NCBI GenBank assembly: GCA_963663895.2
Contig: CAXXRD010000004.1
Location: 1 to 64,000 of the forward strand
Length of the DNA stretch: 64,000 nucleotides
Direction of reading: 5' to 3'
Origin: Dehalococcoidia bacterium
Lineage (GTDB): Bacteria > Chloroflexota > Dehalococcoidia > Bin125
Positions 40,866-60,941 of the stretch are shown here, one piece after another. Below the pieces are notes generated by a model that saw only the letters and a list, made by a program, of their open reading frames with translations, did no database searches and was not told the DNA's origin. How positions within the stretch are numbered: position 1 is the stretch's first letter; each line of letters begins with the position of its first letter. The position numbers were made by a program, and so were the translations under genes.

Positions 40866-41900
40866 TCACTTGAAGAGCTCGCCGACCGATTGCCCGGTAT
40901 GGATGCGACGGATCGCCTCGCCCAAGAGCGGCGCAACGGAGCAAACGGTGATCTTCCTGCTCGCTGTGGGAGGAGGGGCGGGCAAGGTGTCCGTGATGAT
41001 CACCTGCTTGATCGGCGCCTCGTTGATGCGAGCGAGCGCGGGCTCAGAGAGCACCCCGTGCGTAGCGGCCGCGTAGACATCGCGGGCGCCGTTCTCTTTT
41101 AGGAGGACGGCGACACCCGCGAGCGTGCCGGCGGTGTCGATCTCATCGTCGATGATGAGCGCGTCGCGCCCGTCCACCTCGCCGATCAGGTGCAGCATCT
41201 CGGCGGAGTCATCGTTGGCTTGCCGGCGTTTCTCCGAGAGCGCCAGGGGGCTCTCCAAGAGGTGGGCGAGGTTGCGGGCGCGCTTGGCGCTGCCCAGATC
41301 GGGCGCGACGACGACGCCGTCGAAGCCCTGCGTACGAAAGTGGGTGGCGAGGAGATTGAGCGCGGTCAGCTCATCCGTGGGGACGTTGAAAAAGCCCTGA
41401 ATCTGGCCCGCATGGAGGTCGACGGTCAGGACGCGGTCCGCGCCGGCCGTCTCGATGAGGTTGGCGACGAGCCGCGCCGTGATCGGCACGCGAGGCTGAT
41501 CCTTCTTATCGGAGCGGCCGTAGGGGTAGTACGGGACGACGGCGGTGACGCGCCCCGCGCTGGCGCGGCGCACCGCGTCCAACATGATGAGCAGCTCCAT
41601 GAAGTTGTTGTTGACGGGGCGCGCGGCGGGCTGGACGACGAAGACGTCGCGCTCGCGGACGTTGTCGCCCAGCTGAACGAAGATGTTTTCGTTGGAAAAG
41701 GAGAAGACTTCGGCGTGGCCGAGGGGTTGCTCGAGATAGGCGCAGATACGCGAGGCCAAATCTGGATGCGCATTACCGGTAAAGATCGACGGCCCCTGCA
41801 GTACCAAGAAATGCGCCTCTCCCGTCCATCGGCCGGGCGCCAGTATATCCCGCGCTGCAGAGCGGGTCAGCGGGCTGGTTGACGCGTTGCCCAGCCCCAC
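40866..41900 (-). CDS. prs: Ribose-phosphate pyrophosphokinase (start uncertain, likely near 41810)
   Basis: VPYYPYGRSDKK, DLHAGQIQGFF and IIDDEIDTAGT. Confidence 0.95.
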   Translation of the reverse strand: MGLGNASTSPLTRSAARDILAPGRWTGEAHFLVLQGPSIFTGNAHPDLASRICAYLEQPLGHAEVFSFSNENIFVQLGDNVRERDVFVVQPAARPVNNNFMELLIMLDAVRRASAGRVTAVVPYYPYGRSDKKDQPRVPITARLVANLIETAGADRVLTVDLHAGQIQGFFNVPTDELTALNLLATHFRTQGFDGVVVAPDLGSAKRARNLAHLLESPLALSEKRRQANDDSAEMLHLIGEVDGRDALIIDDEIDTAGTLAGVAVLLKENGARDVYAAATHGVLSEPALARINEAPIKQVIITDTLPAPPPTASRKITVCSVAPLLGEAIRRIHTGQSVGELFK

Positions 41901-42199
41901 ATAGGCTCACATTGATTCTGTATGCCCAGCTAATCCTGCCGCCTATAACGCCACTGTCGCCAAGCACGGCGAGGGCCGTTCTGCGTGTGTGAGGAGAATC
42001 GATCTTTGATGGCTATCAGACCACTCTCCGTCACCCCAAACCACAGCGCACTCCCAAACTTTCGCCCGACTTCGCGCGCGCAGCGCCATCCCTAGCCCCT
42101 GCGTGACTGGCAGTCCTCATCAAGGCCACGCCGTGGTCCCGGCTTCGCTAAGCGCCGGAGGCCAGCCGCCAAGCATCGAGCGAGGAGGAGACGATTCCC

Positions 42200-50390
<8,191 letters not shown>

Positions 50391-50397
50391 CTCTCTC

Positions 50398-50439
50398 GTC
50401 AAAGGACTCCTGTCAAGGGACTCCCGTCCAAGGACTCCG
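50398..50439 (+). repeat. Three imperfect 14-bp tandem repeats
   Basis: GTCAAAGGACTCCT / GTCAAGGGACTCCC / GTCCAAGGACTCCG. Confidence 0.7.
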
Positions 50440-50454
50440 CAGGACAGCGGCCAC

Positions 50455-50494
50455 GAACGAGAACGGGGCCCCTGAGGGCCCCGCGTTCTCGTTC
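50455..50494. terminator. Long hairpin between convergent rpoC and groEL; probable bidirectional terminator
   Basis: GAACGAGAAC-GGGGCCC-CTGA-GGGCCCC-GC-GTTCTCGTTC. Confidence 0.75.
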
Positions 50495-50514
50495 CGCGCT
50501 CGGATCTTGGCAGG

Positions 50515-52230
<1,716 letters not shown>

Positions 52231-52536
52231 CTAGACGATCACTTTGGCGAGGACCTCGCGCTCCTCGAGCACGATCAGGTCGTCGCGTTCCACCTTGACC
52301 TCTTGACCGGTGTACTTCTTGTAGAGGATCCGGTCGCCAACCACGATGTCAAGCGGGATGCGGTCGCCGCTCTCATCGCGTTTGCCGGGGCCCACCGCGA
52401 TCACTTCCCCTTGCTGGGGTTTCTCCTTCGCGGTCTCCGGAATCACGATGCCGCTGGCGAGCACTTGCTCTTGCTGCAACGGCTGGATCACGATGCGGTC
52501 GCCCAGGGGCTCGAGTTTGAAGCTGCTATCTGCCAT
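52231..52536 (-). CDS. groS: Co-chaperonin GroES
   Basis: LEPLGDRIVI, SGIVIPETAKEKPQQGEVIAVGPG. Confidence 0.97.
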   Translation of the reverse strand: MADSSFKLEPLGDRIVIQPLQQEQVLASGIVIPETAKEKPQQGEVIAVGPGKRDESGDRIPLDIVVGDRILYKKYTGQEVKVERDDLIVLEEREVLAKVIV

Positions 52537-52609
52537 GGTTCCTCTCGGCGCTCGTTTGGTCGGCCGGTCGCGGCCGGATCTGGAGAACCCGCCTCGTCGG
52601 ACGGTGTGC

Positions 52610-52636
52610 TTGGCACTCCTCACCTCTGAGTGCCAA
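52610..52636. promoter_or_regulatory. CIRCE element (HrcA operator)
   Basis: TTGGCACTC-N9-GAGTGCCAA upstream of groES. Confidence 0.95.
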
Positions 52637-52763
52637 CCGGCATAGTATCGGCTCGCCAGGCTGGGATGCAAGAGCCGCAATGCAGCCGCCGCATCGGAAG
52701 CGCTTCGGCGGTGATCCGCCGAGAGGCCTGTGCGGAAAACACGAAAACGTGTATCGTGCAACG

Positions 52764-53153
52764 ATGCAGCGCGAGCAGGGCGACAGCCCGCAAAAAGCAA
52801 AAACGGCGCAGCGCCGTCCTCCCAAACGCAAGGATCCCAACTGGGATGCGGGCGCCATCCTACGCTTGCGACGCCATATGCGGCTCACCCAAGCCGAGCT
52901 GGCAGAGGAGCTGAACGCTCGCCAGCAAACCGTTTCGGAGTGGGAGACCGGACGTTACCGCCCCCGTGGCCCTTCGTCGCGCCTGCTCACCCTGATTGCG
53001 GAGCAGGCCGGTTTCGCGTACCGGACAAGCGGTCCGCAGCCGCCCGTGGCGCGCGCAGCCGCCGACGCCGGCCGGACCGGGGCGCTCCCGAAAAAGGAGA
53101 GCGGTTCACCTCGAGCGCAACCCGGCAAGCGCCGGCGCTTCACCCCTCGGTGA
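52764..53153 (+). CDS. XRE-family HTH protein (start uncertain)
   Basis: LRRHMRLTQAELAEELNARQQTVSEWETGRYRP. Confidence 0.85.
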   Translation: MQREQGDSPQKAKTAQRRPPKRKDPNWDAGAILRLRRHMRLTQAELAEELNARQQTVSEWETGRYRPRGPSSRLLTLIAEQAGFAYRTSGPQPPVARAAADAGRTGALPKKESGSPRAQPGKRRRFTPR

Positions 53154-53158
53154 GCGGG

Positions 53159-54403
53159 ATGCGAGCGATTGCGACCCGTCCCCAGAAGCCGTCCGGCGAG
53201 GCAGCGCTGCAGCGGATCTGGGCGGAAGGCCCGCTGCCGCAGCCGCTGCGCTGCCTGGACGGCGAGCCGCTGCGCGTGATCTTTCGCGGCCGCGCGAACG
53301 GCGGCCCGGGGCCGGACTTCCGCAACGCCATCTTCCTCAATGGAAAGCAACGCCCCGTGCGCGGCGATGTGGAGCTGCATTGCCGCCTCGCCGATTGGTG
53401 GGCCCACGGCCATGCGAGCGACCCCGCCTACCGGGCCGTGACGCTGCACGTTGTCGCAGCGGGCGGCGGCACAAACAGGGGGGCGCGACCCGCGGGCGGG
53501 CGCATCGCCGAGCTGCGGGCGATCGAACCCGGCGCCAGGCCGCCCGCCGCAGTGGAGCGGTGCTGCGCACCCGCGCTCACGCGCCAACCGCGGGCGCTCC
53601 GCGCCGCACTGACGCGGCTGGGGCGGCGGCGCCTGCGAGCGAAGGCGTTGGGGCTGCAGCGAGCGTTCCAGGGAGCGTCTCCGACGCCGGACTCCGATCG
53701 AGACCAAGTCGCCTACGAAGCGCTGCTGCACGCGTTGGGCCAAGGAGGCACGGGAACAGCGGCACTGCGCGCATTGGCTCGCTCTGCCCCCCTGGCCGAG
53801 CTGCCTGCGGCGCGACCGGGCGATGCGTCACGACTGGCAACGACCCTGCTGCGCGGCTACGAAACGGCGCGGCGCGCGCGTTGGGGCGGGGAGCCGCCGT
53901 CCCCGACCCCGGCGCGACCGGCCAATTCCATGGCGCGCCGCTTGCAGGCCGCCGCGCGCCTGATCGCGGCGGATCGCGCGATCGCCGCGCGCTTCGCAGC
54001 ACTCGCTTCGGCAGCGCCCGCCGAGGCGACACAGGAGCTGAGCACGCTCAGCGGCCTGAGCAGCGGGGCGGCCACGCAACTGCTCGTCGATGCGGCCTAC
54101 CCATTCGCGCTGGCGGCGGCAGGCGCGGCTACCGCCAAGCTGGAGCAGCGTTGGCTGACGCTGCCGGGCGCGCACTACGGACGGACCAAGACCCTGCGCG
54201 CGCAACTGACGGCGGCCGGTCTTCGGGACTGGCGCAACGGCTGCACGCAGGGCCTGCTTGCCTTGGAGCGAGGCTACTGCGGCTGTGGGGCGGCGGCGAT
54301 CTGTCCACTGCGCCCCTTCCGCGCGCAGGCACCGCGAGCGGGGGCAGCGCTGGAACAGATCGTCCAGCCGGTGCCGCCGGCCCCAAGCGCGCAGCCGCGC
54401 TAG
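53159..54403 (+). CDS. DUF2851-like protein
   Basis: GPGPDFRNA...GDVELH...WWAHGHASDPAY..VTLHVV and a C-terminal Cys cluster (QGLL..YC..ICPL). Confidence 0.75.
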   Translation: MRAIATRPQKPSGEAALQRIWAEGPLPQPLRCLDGEPLRVIFRGRANGGPGPDFRNAIFLNGKQRPVRGDVELHCRLADWWAHGHASDPAYRAVTLHVVAAGGGTNRGARPAGGRIAELRAIEPGARPPAAVERCCAPALTRQPRALRAALTRLGRRRLRAKALGLQRAFQGASPTPDSDRDQVAYEALLHALGQGGTGTAALRALARSAPLAELPAARPGDASRLATTLLRGYETARRARWGGEPPSPTPARPANSMARRLQAAARLIAADRAIAARFAALASAAPAEATQELSTLSGLSSGAATQLLVDAAYPFALAAAGAATAKLEQRWLTLPGAHYGRTKTLRAQLTAAGLRDWRNGCTQGLLALERGYCGCGAAAICPLRPFRAQAPRAGAALEQIVQPVPPAPSAQPR

Positions 54404-55461
54404 CCGGCCGTCGGGGCGGAGCGCGGGGCGGGTTTCGCGATCGAATGTGTCCCCGACGTGGAGAAGAGATCAAAGCGCAGCCCGTCAGCGCCGAGGGCGT
54501 CCCGCCGGTAGAAGGCGGCCGCGCCGATCATGGCGGCATTATCCGTGCAGAGCGCCGGTGGGGGCAGGCGCACCTCGATCCCCAACCGCTCTCCACAACG
54601 CTCCTGCAAGGCGTTTCGCAGGGCGCCGTTGGCAGCGACGCCACCGGCGGCCAGCACCGCACGGACATCGTAGGCCGCCGCCGCCGCCGCCGTTTTCGTC
54701 ACCAGCGCGTCGACCACCGCCTCTTGGAAGGCACGGGCCAGCGGACCCGGGCTCTGCGGCGGCTGCTCGCGGATCCTGTGCAGCACTGCCGTCTTGAGGC
54801 CGCTGAACGAGAAGTCGAACGTACCCGGGAGTCGCGCTCGGGGAAGCCGTCCAGCCGCGTGCCGGGCCGCGGCCGCCGTTCGCTCAATGGGCGGCCCCCC
54901 GGGAAAGGGGAGTCCGAGGAGCCGCGCCACTTTGTCGAAGGCCTCGCCCGCCGCGTCGTCGAGCGTGCCGCCCAACCGCGTGAGACGGCCGTGATTCTCC
55001 ATCAGCAGTAGCTCGCTGTGGCCGCCGCTCACCACCAGGCAGACTGCGGGGAGGGGCGGCGGCGCGCCGCCGTGCTGCGCGCGCGCGGGATCCAACCAGT
55101 TGGCGTAGATGTGGCCCTCAATATGATGCACCGGCAGGCAAGGCAGACCGCGAGCCCAGGCGATCGCCTTGGCGGCGTTCACCCCGACGAGGAGCGAGCC
55201 GCCGAGGCCAGGGCCCTGGGTGACGGCGACCGCGTCGAGGGCCATCCAGCTACAGCCCGCATCATGGAGCGTCTCTTGGAGAACGGCGGCGAGACTGCGC
55301 AGGTGCTCCCTCCCTGCGAGCTCGGGCACAACGCCGCCGTAGCGCCGATGAACTTCGATCTGTGAGGCGACGACCGATGCGCGAATCGTGCGGCCGTCCG
55401 CCACCACCGCCGCGGCGTTCTCGTCACAGGAGGTTTCGAGCGCGAGCACTTGGAAAGACAC
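54400..55461 (-). CDS. tsaD: tRNA N6-adenosine threonylcarbamoyltransferase
   Basis: LETSCDE, GGVVPE, HHIEGH, VSGGH, GEAFDK and CTDNAAMI. Confidence 0.97.
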   Translation of the reverse strand: MSFQVLALETSCDENAAAVVADGRTIRASVVASQIEVHRRYGGVVPELAGREHLRSLAAVLQETLHDAGCSWMALDAVAVTQGPGLGGSLLVGVNAAKAIAWARGLPCLPVHHIEGHIYANWLDPARAQHGGAPPPLPAVCLVVSGGHSELLLMENHGRLTRLGGTLDDAAGEAFDKVARLLGLPFPGGPPIERTAAAARHAAGRLPRARLPGTFDFSFSGLKTAVLHRIREQPPQSPGPLARAFQEAVVDALVTKTAAAAAAYDVRAVLAAGGVAANGALRNALQERCGERLGIEVRLPPPALCTDNAAMIGAAAFYRRDALGADGLRFDLFSTSGTHSIAKPAPRSAPTAG

Positions 55462-55502
55462 AGCGGCAGTGTAGCCAGCGGCTGGGGTAGACGTGCGCAG
55501 CG

Positions 55503-58500
55503 CTAGCTGGTCTGGTCGGCGGCCGAGGCCGGGAACGCAGGTAAGGCCGAGGTCAGGAGCGCGTCCGGCGTGACGTAATAGAGGCGACCGGCCGCCTCGT
55601 CCACGGCGACGCCTCGGAGTCCGGCGAGGAGGTCGTCCCGGATCTGGAGGAGTAGGTCGCCAGAGGGGTCGAAGACGACCACGCGATTATTTCCCCGGTC
55701 GACCGCGTAGATCAGACCGCTCTGGCTGCCGAGCTTCAGCGATGCCGCGAACAGGAGGGGGCGATCGAGGCCGACTTCGGTGAAGGCTTGCTCGCCGCCG
55801 CCGAAAAAGCGACGCAGGCGGCCGTCGCTGCTGGCCATGAAAATAGCGCCCGACACGACGATGGAATTCGCGCCCGCCAGCCCCGTACGCTCCAGCACCG
55901 GCATGCCGCTGACCAGCGAGCCGTCCGGGCCGGCGCCGTAGCGCCAGACGCTCCCGCCGGCGACGTCGAGGAGGTAGACCGCGGTGCCTTCCGTCGTGAC
56001 CGCGTCGACCGAACCGAGCGTGGCGGCGTCCGGCAGCCCGATGACGCTCAATCCAGCGCCGGGCGCATAGCGGAAGAGTTGGCGCTCGCTGTCGAGAATG
56101 TACAGGCCCGACTCGGTCACGGACCAATGGACGTCAACCGGAGCCGCGACGGTGGCCTCTCCCACCCGTTCCCCTTGGCGCAGCACGGTGGCCGGTTCGC
56201 CCGTCCCTTCAAGCGGCCAGGCGAAGACCCGGCCGCCGCTTTCGTCCAGCAGGTAGATCTCCGACTGCCCAATCTCCACCTCGCCCAGCGCGAATGGCGG
56301 CGCGACGAGCGCGCCCAAGTCAAGCGCGACGGCGACATCGTCTGGCCGAACGATGAGATTGATCCGCCGCAAGGCCGTTTCGATCTCGGCTTGGAGTGCG
56401 ACCGCCTCCTCGTTGGCGGGCTCCGACGCCAACGCCTCCCCCACGCTGGCGACTGCGAGTTCCAGCTCCTCGCGCACGATCTGCGGCTCCTGCGCGAGCG
56501 AGGCGGCGCGGAAGCGTAAGCGCGCCTCGGCGATCAGTCTGTCGACCTGGTTGGACTGCGACTCCCGCAGCAGGTCCGGCACCAACAGCGCCCCTCCTAT
56601 GATCAAGAGCACCCCGATCGTGCCTCCAAGCACTAACACGACGGTTGTCCAGTTCGTCCTCCAGGCGCGATCGTGGCCCGCTTCGGATCCGGGCGCGCGG
56701 CGGCGGGCGCGCAAGTTGGGGACGATGCGGCGCAGCCCAAACAAGGGGTCCACGGCAAGGGCAGCGTCGAGGTCTCGCTTTTCGGGCAGCAACACATGGG
56801 GCAGCGGACTGAAGGGGTTCGCCGGCCAAGCCACGGATTGCGCGGTTAGCGATGGCTCGATCACAAGTTCGGCGGGTTCGAAAGCATGCGCTCCCTCAAG
56901 CCAGGAAACCTGGCCCACCATCGGGTCGGCCACCGCCGCCGCAGTGGGTTGCGCCACCCTGGCGGCGGCACCGGGAAGGGACCCGCCCGCAAGGAACGGC
57001 GGAGCCGAGGGCGGCCGTTGGGGAAGCGGCAGCGGGAAGATCGGTGTGAACAGGGGGTTGGCCGCCTGGGGAGGAGTGGCCGCAGCAGCGCCCGAGCCGA
57101 GGAGACTCGCGTGCGCCGGGGGGTCGTCCCTGCCCGGCGGCGCTTCCGCGCCGGCCGGATTGGGTTCGAGGAGAGGTGGTGGGGCGAGGGCAGGATCGCC
57201 CCCGTCTTCGTCGCTTCCGGCGGGGCGGCTCCAGTCCCCCTGCTCCCGGCCGGGAGAGGAAGCATCGCTGCCCTCGCTTGGGCGCCGAGGGGCGGATGCC
57301 GGTGATCCACGCCTCGGCACCGCCCTCTCCGATGCCCCCGCAGGCACCGATCCCCTTCGCTCCCCAAGTCCGTAGGCACCTTCAGTCTCCCCCGAGACGC
57401 CGTCAGCCGACTCGCCGACTTCCTCAGGGGCCTCATCAGGGACGAGGGGAGGGCTGCCGTCGCTCTGGGGGGGGGATTCGTTGGAGGAGCGATCGGCACG
57501 GTCGTCATCCGGCGCCCCGGCGCTCGCTGAATGGTCCAGTGGCGCCGCTTCGGCACCGGCAGGGGACTCTCCAAGGCCGTCAAGCGGGGACTGGGGTTCA
57601 CTGGAGATGCCGGGCAGATGAAATTCAACGGGCTTGAACGGCGGCGGCACCAGCGCGGCCGGGTCAATGCGATCGGAGGCGGCGGACCCGGCCGCAGTGG
57701 CCGAGCCGTCCCCAAGATCGCCGAGCGACGAGGGGGCGGCTGCCTCGGCCTTCGAGACGCCGTGCCGTCTCTCCTGCCGCGCAGGGCTCGCCGTCTCGGG
57801 CTCCACCGCTTTCCAAGGGTCATCGCCAGCAATGCGATATCTCCAACCGAGGATGCGCCGCAAGCCGCCGGCGATCGCGCCCAGGACGCCGGAGTGCGCC
57901 AGGGACGCACGTGCCGGGGTTCCGCTCGAACCGCCGGACCCCGGCGGTAGCGGCGCTCCGGCAGGGGGCGGATCGCCGCCGAGCGCACCGCTCCTTTCGC
58001 TCGCAGCGGGGCGCTCGCCTTCGAGCCCGGGCGGCGGCGCGATCGGAGCGGCCGAGGCCGCTTCCCCCATCTCACGCGCGCCGCTCGGTACCGGCTCAGC
58101 CTGGATCGGCCTGGCATCCGGCAACGGCTCGTCTCCCGGCGGCGGAACGGATACGGCGACATCCACATCGCCGGGCGCCTCGGGCGCGAGGTAGGCAACG
58201 GCCGACAGCGGAGCGACCACCAGCGCCGACACGCTGGGCAGCGTGTTCAGGAACGGGTATAGGAAAGGGAGGACTTCGTCCGGCGGTATCTCCCGTAGTC
58301 GCTCCCGCACCGCGTCCGAAAAGATCGCCTGCGCCGCCCGGCTGATGAGCAGAGCGTAGCCCTCCGGACCGAGCTCCACGCGCTGGAACTCCGGATTCGC
58401 GATCTCGGCGATGCCGAGCGCGCGCGCCGCGCGTTTCTCGCGCGGCGCGTGCTGCGCGATGGCCGCGCCGTGGCGGATGTAGGCCAGGCTGGGACCAAGC

Positions 58501-58853
58501 TGGCACAAGAGCGACGCGTCCTCGCGGAGCAGCAGGCAGGAAAGGCCATAGCTGGCTCGATCCTTGGGCAAGCTGCGACGGTTCCAGTCGCGCAGCTCGG
58601 CTTGGCGAGCGCGCAGGACGCTCTGCATGGTGCCGGTGAGCGATCCCTCGGCCGTGAGGAACTCCTCGCCGATCCGGGTGACCATCTCACCGATGAAGCG
58701 CTCACTGCCGGGACGCGCGGGCTCGGCCACGATGTAGAGGCGCTCGCGTCGATTCCCGGAACCGTAGCGCTCCGCGAACGCGATCTCGGGAGATTCTTCG
58801 CTGGCTTCGCCCTTGACGATGCGGAGCTGCGCCGTCCAGAACTCTGCCGTCAT
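55503..58853 (-). CDS. Large membrane protein: PP2C-like N-terminal domain, long Pro-rich linker, one TM helix, C-terminal beta-propeller (NHL-like)
   Basis: TM segment VVLVLGGTIGVLLIIGGALLV and repeats IYLLDE, LYILDS, VYLLDV, IYAVDRGNNRVVVF. The N-domain fold is inferred. Confidence 0.65.
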   Translation of the reverse strand: MTAEFWTAQLRIVKGEASEESPEIAFAERYGSGNRRERLYIVAEPARPGSERFIGEMVTRIGEEFLTAEGSLTGTMQSVLRARQAELRDWNRRSLPKDRASYGLSCLLLREDASLLCQLGPSLAYIRHGAAIAQHAPREKRAARALGIAEIANPEFQRVELGPEGYALLISRAAQAIFSDAVRERLREIPPDEVLPFLYPFLNTLPSVSALVVAPLSAVAYLAPEAPGDVDVAVSVPPPGDEPLPDARPIQAEPVPSGAREMGEAASAAPIAPPPGLEGERPAASERSGALGGDPPPAGAPLPPGSGGSSGTPARASLAHSGVLGAIAGGLRRILGWRYRIAGDDPWKAVEPETASPARQERRHGVSKAEAAAPSSLGDLGDGSATAAGSAASDRIDPAALVPPPFKPVEFHLPGISSEPQSPLDGLGESPAGAEAAPLDHSASAGAPDDDRADRSSNESPPQSDGSPPLVPDEAPEEVGESADGVSGETEGAYGLGERRGSVPAGASERAVPRRGSPASAPRRPSEGSDASSPGREQGDWSRPAGSDEDGGDPALAPPPLLEPNPAGAEAPPGRDDPPAHASLLGSGAAAATPPQAANPLFTPIFPLPLPQRPPSAPPFLAGGSLPGAAARVAQPTAAAVADPMVGQVSWLEGAHAFEPAELVIEPSLTAQSVAWPANPFSPLPHVLLPEKRDLDAALAVDPLFGLRRIVPNLRARRRAPGSEAGHDRAWRTNWTTVVLVLGGTIGVLLIIGGALLVPDLLRESQSNQVDRLIAEARLRFRAASLAQEPQIVREELELAVASVGEALASEPANEEAVALQAEIETALRRINLIVRPDDVAVALDLGALVAPPFALGEVEIGQSEIYLLDESGGRVFAWPLEGTGEPATVLRQGERVGEATVAAPVDVHWSVTESGLYILDSERQLFRYAPGAGLSVIGLPDAATLGSVDAVTTEGTAVYLLDVAGGSVWRYGAGPDGSLVSGMPVLERTGLAGANSIVVSGAIFMASSDGRLRRFFGGGEQAFTEVGLDRPLLFAASLKLGSQSGLIYAVDRGNNRVVVFDPSGDLLLQIRDDLLAGLRGVAVDEAAGRLYYVTPDALLTSALPAFPASAADQTS

Positions 58854-58879
58854 CCGGCTCGACCCTCACCGCCGCCCCG

Positions 58880-59413
58880 TTGGGATCCCTCTCACTGTAC
58901 CATCCGAGCGGAAGGTCGATGCACCGAATCCGCGCGATCGCGGGCGCGCGGGAGACGACGCGAACCCAGGCGCGCACGGGTTGGACATCATGGCGAGGCG
59001 TGACGCATCCCCACAGTGACCCTGAAGAGCCGGATGATGCGCACGGCGTGATCGAACGCGCCGCCGCCGAGGTGGCGGATCTGCTCCGTCGCACGGCGGC
59101 AGAGATTCGTCCCTTTCCCGCGTTCCCCGGCGCGTTCTTCACAGAAGCCGTCGAAGTGGAGACGGCGGCAGCGCGCGCGCGCGATCACGGCTGCATCGTC
59201 GTGACGCGCGAGGGCGAACTCAGGGAGCTGCGGATCGGCATCGACGCGGAAGCGTTCGAGCACCCCGGGGCGCCGGATCCGGTCGCCTTGCGCAGCGAGG
59301 AGCTGGCCGCAGTCGATCTCAGCGCGGCCGACCGCCTGCTGTACGGCCTGGCAGCGCTGCGGACGCTCACCGCGCTGGCCGGATGCGGCCGCAAGGGCGA
59401 CCACAATCGCTAG
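58880..59413 (+). CDS. Hypothetical protein (start probably GTG near 59000)
   Basis: Open frame with PFPAFPGAFF and GCIVVTREGELREL. Converges on moaC. Confidence 0.6.
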   Translation: MGSLSLYHPSGRSMHRIRAIAGARETTRTQARTGWTSWRGVTHPHSDPEEPDDAHGVIERAAAEVADLLRRTAAEIRPFPAFPGAFFTEAVEVETAAARARDHGCIVVTREGELRELRIGIDAEAFEHPGAPDPVALRSEELAAVDLSAADRLLYGLAALRTLTALAGCGRKGDHNR

Positions 59414-59910
59414 GGCAGCTCGATCGCGCCCGAGCGCCCACCCCGCTTCTCGCGAAGCCGGATATCCGTGATGCGCATGCCGCGGTCGACGGCCTTGGCC
59501 ATGTCGTAGATCGTCAAGGCCGCCACGCTCACGGCCGTCAGCGCCTCCATCTCGACGCCGGTGCGGCCCCGGCATCCCACGCGCGCGCGGATCTCCACCG
59601 CACCGCCGAATCCCTCGGGCGCCTGCTCCGAGAGGCGGAGCGCGAGATCGACGTGCGTCAGGGCGAGCGGATGGCAGAGGGGAACGAGCTCATGCGTGCG
59701 CTTGGCCGCCATCACGCCCGCGATCCGGGCCGCGGCGAGGAGGTCGCCTTTCGCCAACGTGGCGTCCTTGATCTGATCGAGCGTCGACCGCTGCAGCAAG
59801 ACGCGTCCCTCGGCCACCGCCTCGCGCTCGCCCTCGTCCTTGCCGGCGACGTCCACCATGCGCAGCCGGCCCTCAGGATCGACATGGGACAGCGAGCGGG
59901 GATCCGCCAC
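59410..59910 (-). CDS. moaC: Cyclic pyranopterin monophosphate synthase
   Basis: LSHVD..MVDV, LVPLCHP, TGVEMEAL and YDMAKAVD. Confidence 0.96.
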   Translation of the reverse strand: MADPRSLSHVDPEGRLRMVDVAGKDEGEREAVAEGRVLLQRSTLDQIKDATLAKGDLLAAARIAGVMAAKRTHELVPLCHPLALTHVDLALRLSEQAPEGFGGAVEIRARVGCRGRTGVEMEALTAVSVAALTIYDMAKAVDRGMRITDIRLREKRGGRSGAIELP

Positions 59911-59912
59911 CG

Positions 59913-60941
59913 TTAGCCTCCGATGTAGGACATCTCGATGCGAGAAGGGCTCGCAGTTTGGCTCGACCGGATCTCCGAATAGCGATCTTCGCGGGTGTTC
60001 CAGGTTCGACGAACGAGCCGCGACAGCAGCGCGTCGTTGGCGCCGCCGCGCAGCGGTTGGCGCAGGTCCGTGCCGATCGACGCGAAGAGGCAAGTGTAGA
60101 GCTTCCCATCGGCCGAGAGACGCGCACGGGTACAGTCGCCGCAGAACGGCTGGGTCACCGAGGCGATGACGCCGATCTCGCCGGAGCCGTCGCGGTAGCG
60201 GTAGCGCGCCGCCACCTCTCCCCGGTAGTTGGGCTCCAGCGGCTCCAGCGGCAGCTCGGCGTCGATCCTCTCGACGATCTCCGCGGCCGGCACCACCTCG
60301 TCGAGACACCAGCCGTTGGTATGTCCCACATCCATGTACTCGATGAAGCGCAGCACATGGCCGCTGCCCTTGAAGTAGCGCGCCAGCGGCAGGATGGCCG
60401 CGTCGTTCAGGCCGCGCCGCACCACCGCGTTGACTTTGAGGGGGCGCAGACCCGCGGCCGCGGCCGCGTCGATCCCGTCCAGCACCTTTGCCACGGGGAA
60501 GTGCGCATCGGTCATCGCTTGGAAGATGTCATCGTCCAACGCATCAAGGCTAATGGTTACGCGTCGCAAACCCGCCGCCGCGAGCGGCACCGCTTGCTGC
60601 TCCAGCAGCGAGCCGTTGGTGGTGAGGGTCAGATCAACGTGCGGGATCGCCGCGAGCATCGTCACCAACGTCGGCAGCTCGCGCCGGAGAAGGGGCTCGC
60701 CGCCGGTGAGCCGAATCTTGCGAACGCCCTCCGCGACGAAGATCCGCGTCAAACGGGCGATCTCCTCGAAGCTGAGGATCTCGGAGCTGGGGAGAAACTC
60801 GAAGCCGGGGCCGAAGAGCTCGCGAGGCATACAGTAGCGACAGCGGAAGTTGCAGCGATCGGTCACCGAGATGCGCAGGTCGCGCAGGGGGCGACCGCGG
60901 GTGTCGGTCAGCGCAGGCCCCGCAGGCGATCGATCGCTCAT
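59913..60941 (-). CDS. moaA: GTP 3',8-cyclase
   Basis: CNFRCRYC and [10 protein letters not shown]...TCLF. Ends MSYIGG. Confidence 0.97.
   Translation of the reverse strand: MSDRSPAGPALTDTRGRPLRDLRISVTDRCNFRCRYCMPRELFGPGFEFLPSSEILSFEEIARLTRIFVAEGVRKIRLTGGEPLLRRELPTLVTMLAAIPHVDLTLTTNGSLLEQQAVPLAAAGLRRVTISLDALDDDIFQAMTDAHFPVAKVLDGIDAAAAAGLRPLKVNAVVRRGLNDAAILPLARYFKGSGHVLRFIEYMDVGHTNGWCLDEVVPAAEIVERIDAELPLEPLEPNYRGEVAARYRYRDGSGEIGVIASVTQPFCGDCTRARLSADGKLYTCLFASIGTDLRQPLRGGANDALLSRLVRRTWNTREDRYSEIRSSQTASPSRIEMSYIGG

Noticed and set aside
52996-55011. 671-aa alternative-frame ORF over the DUF2851-like gene and tsaD
   Set aside because: Arg/Ala/Gly-rich off-frame translation that overlaps better-supported genes.
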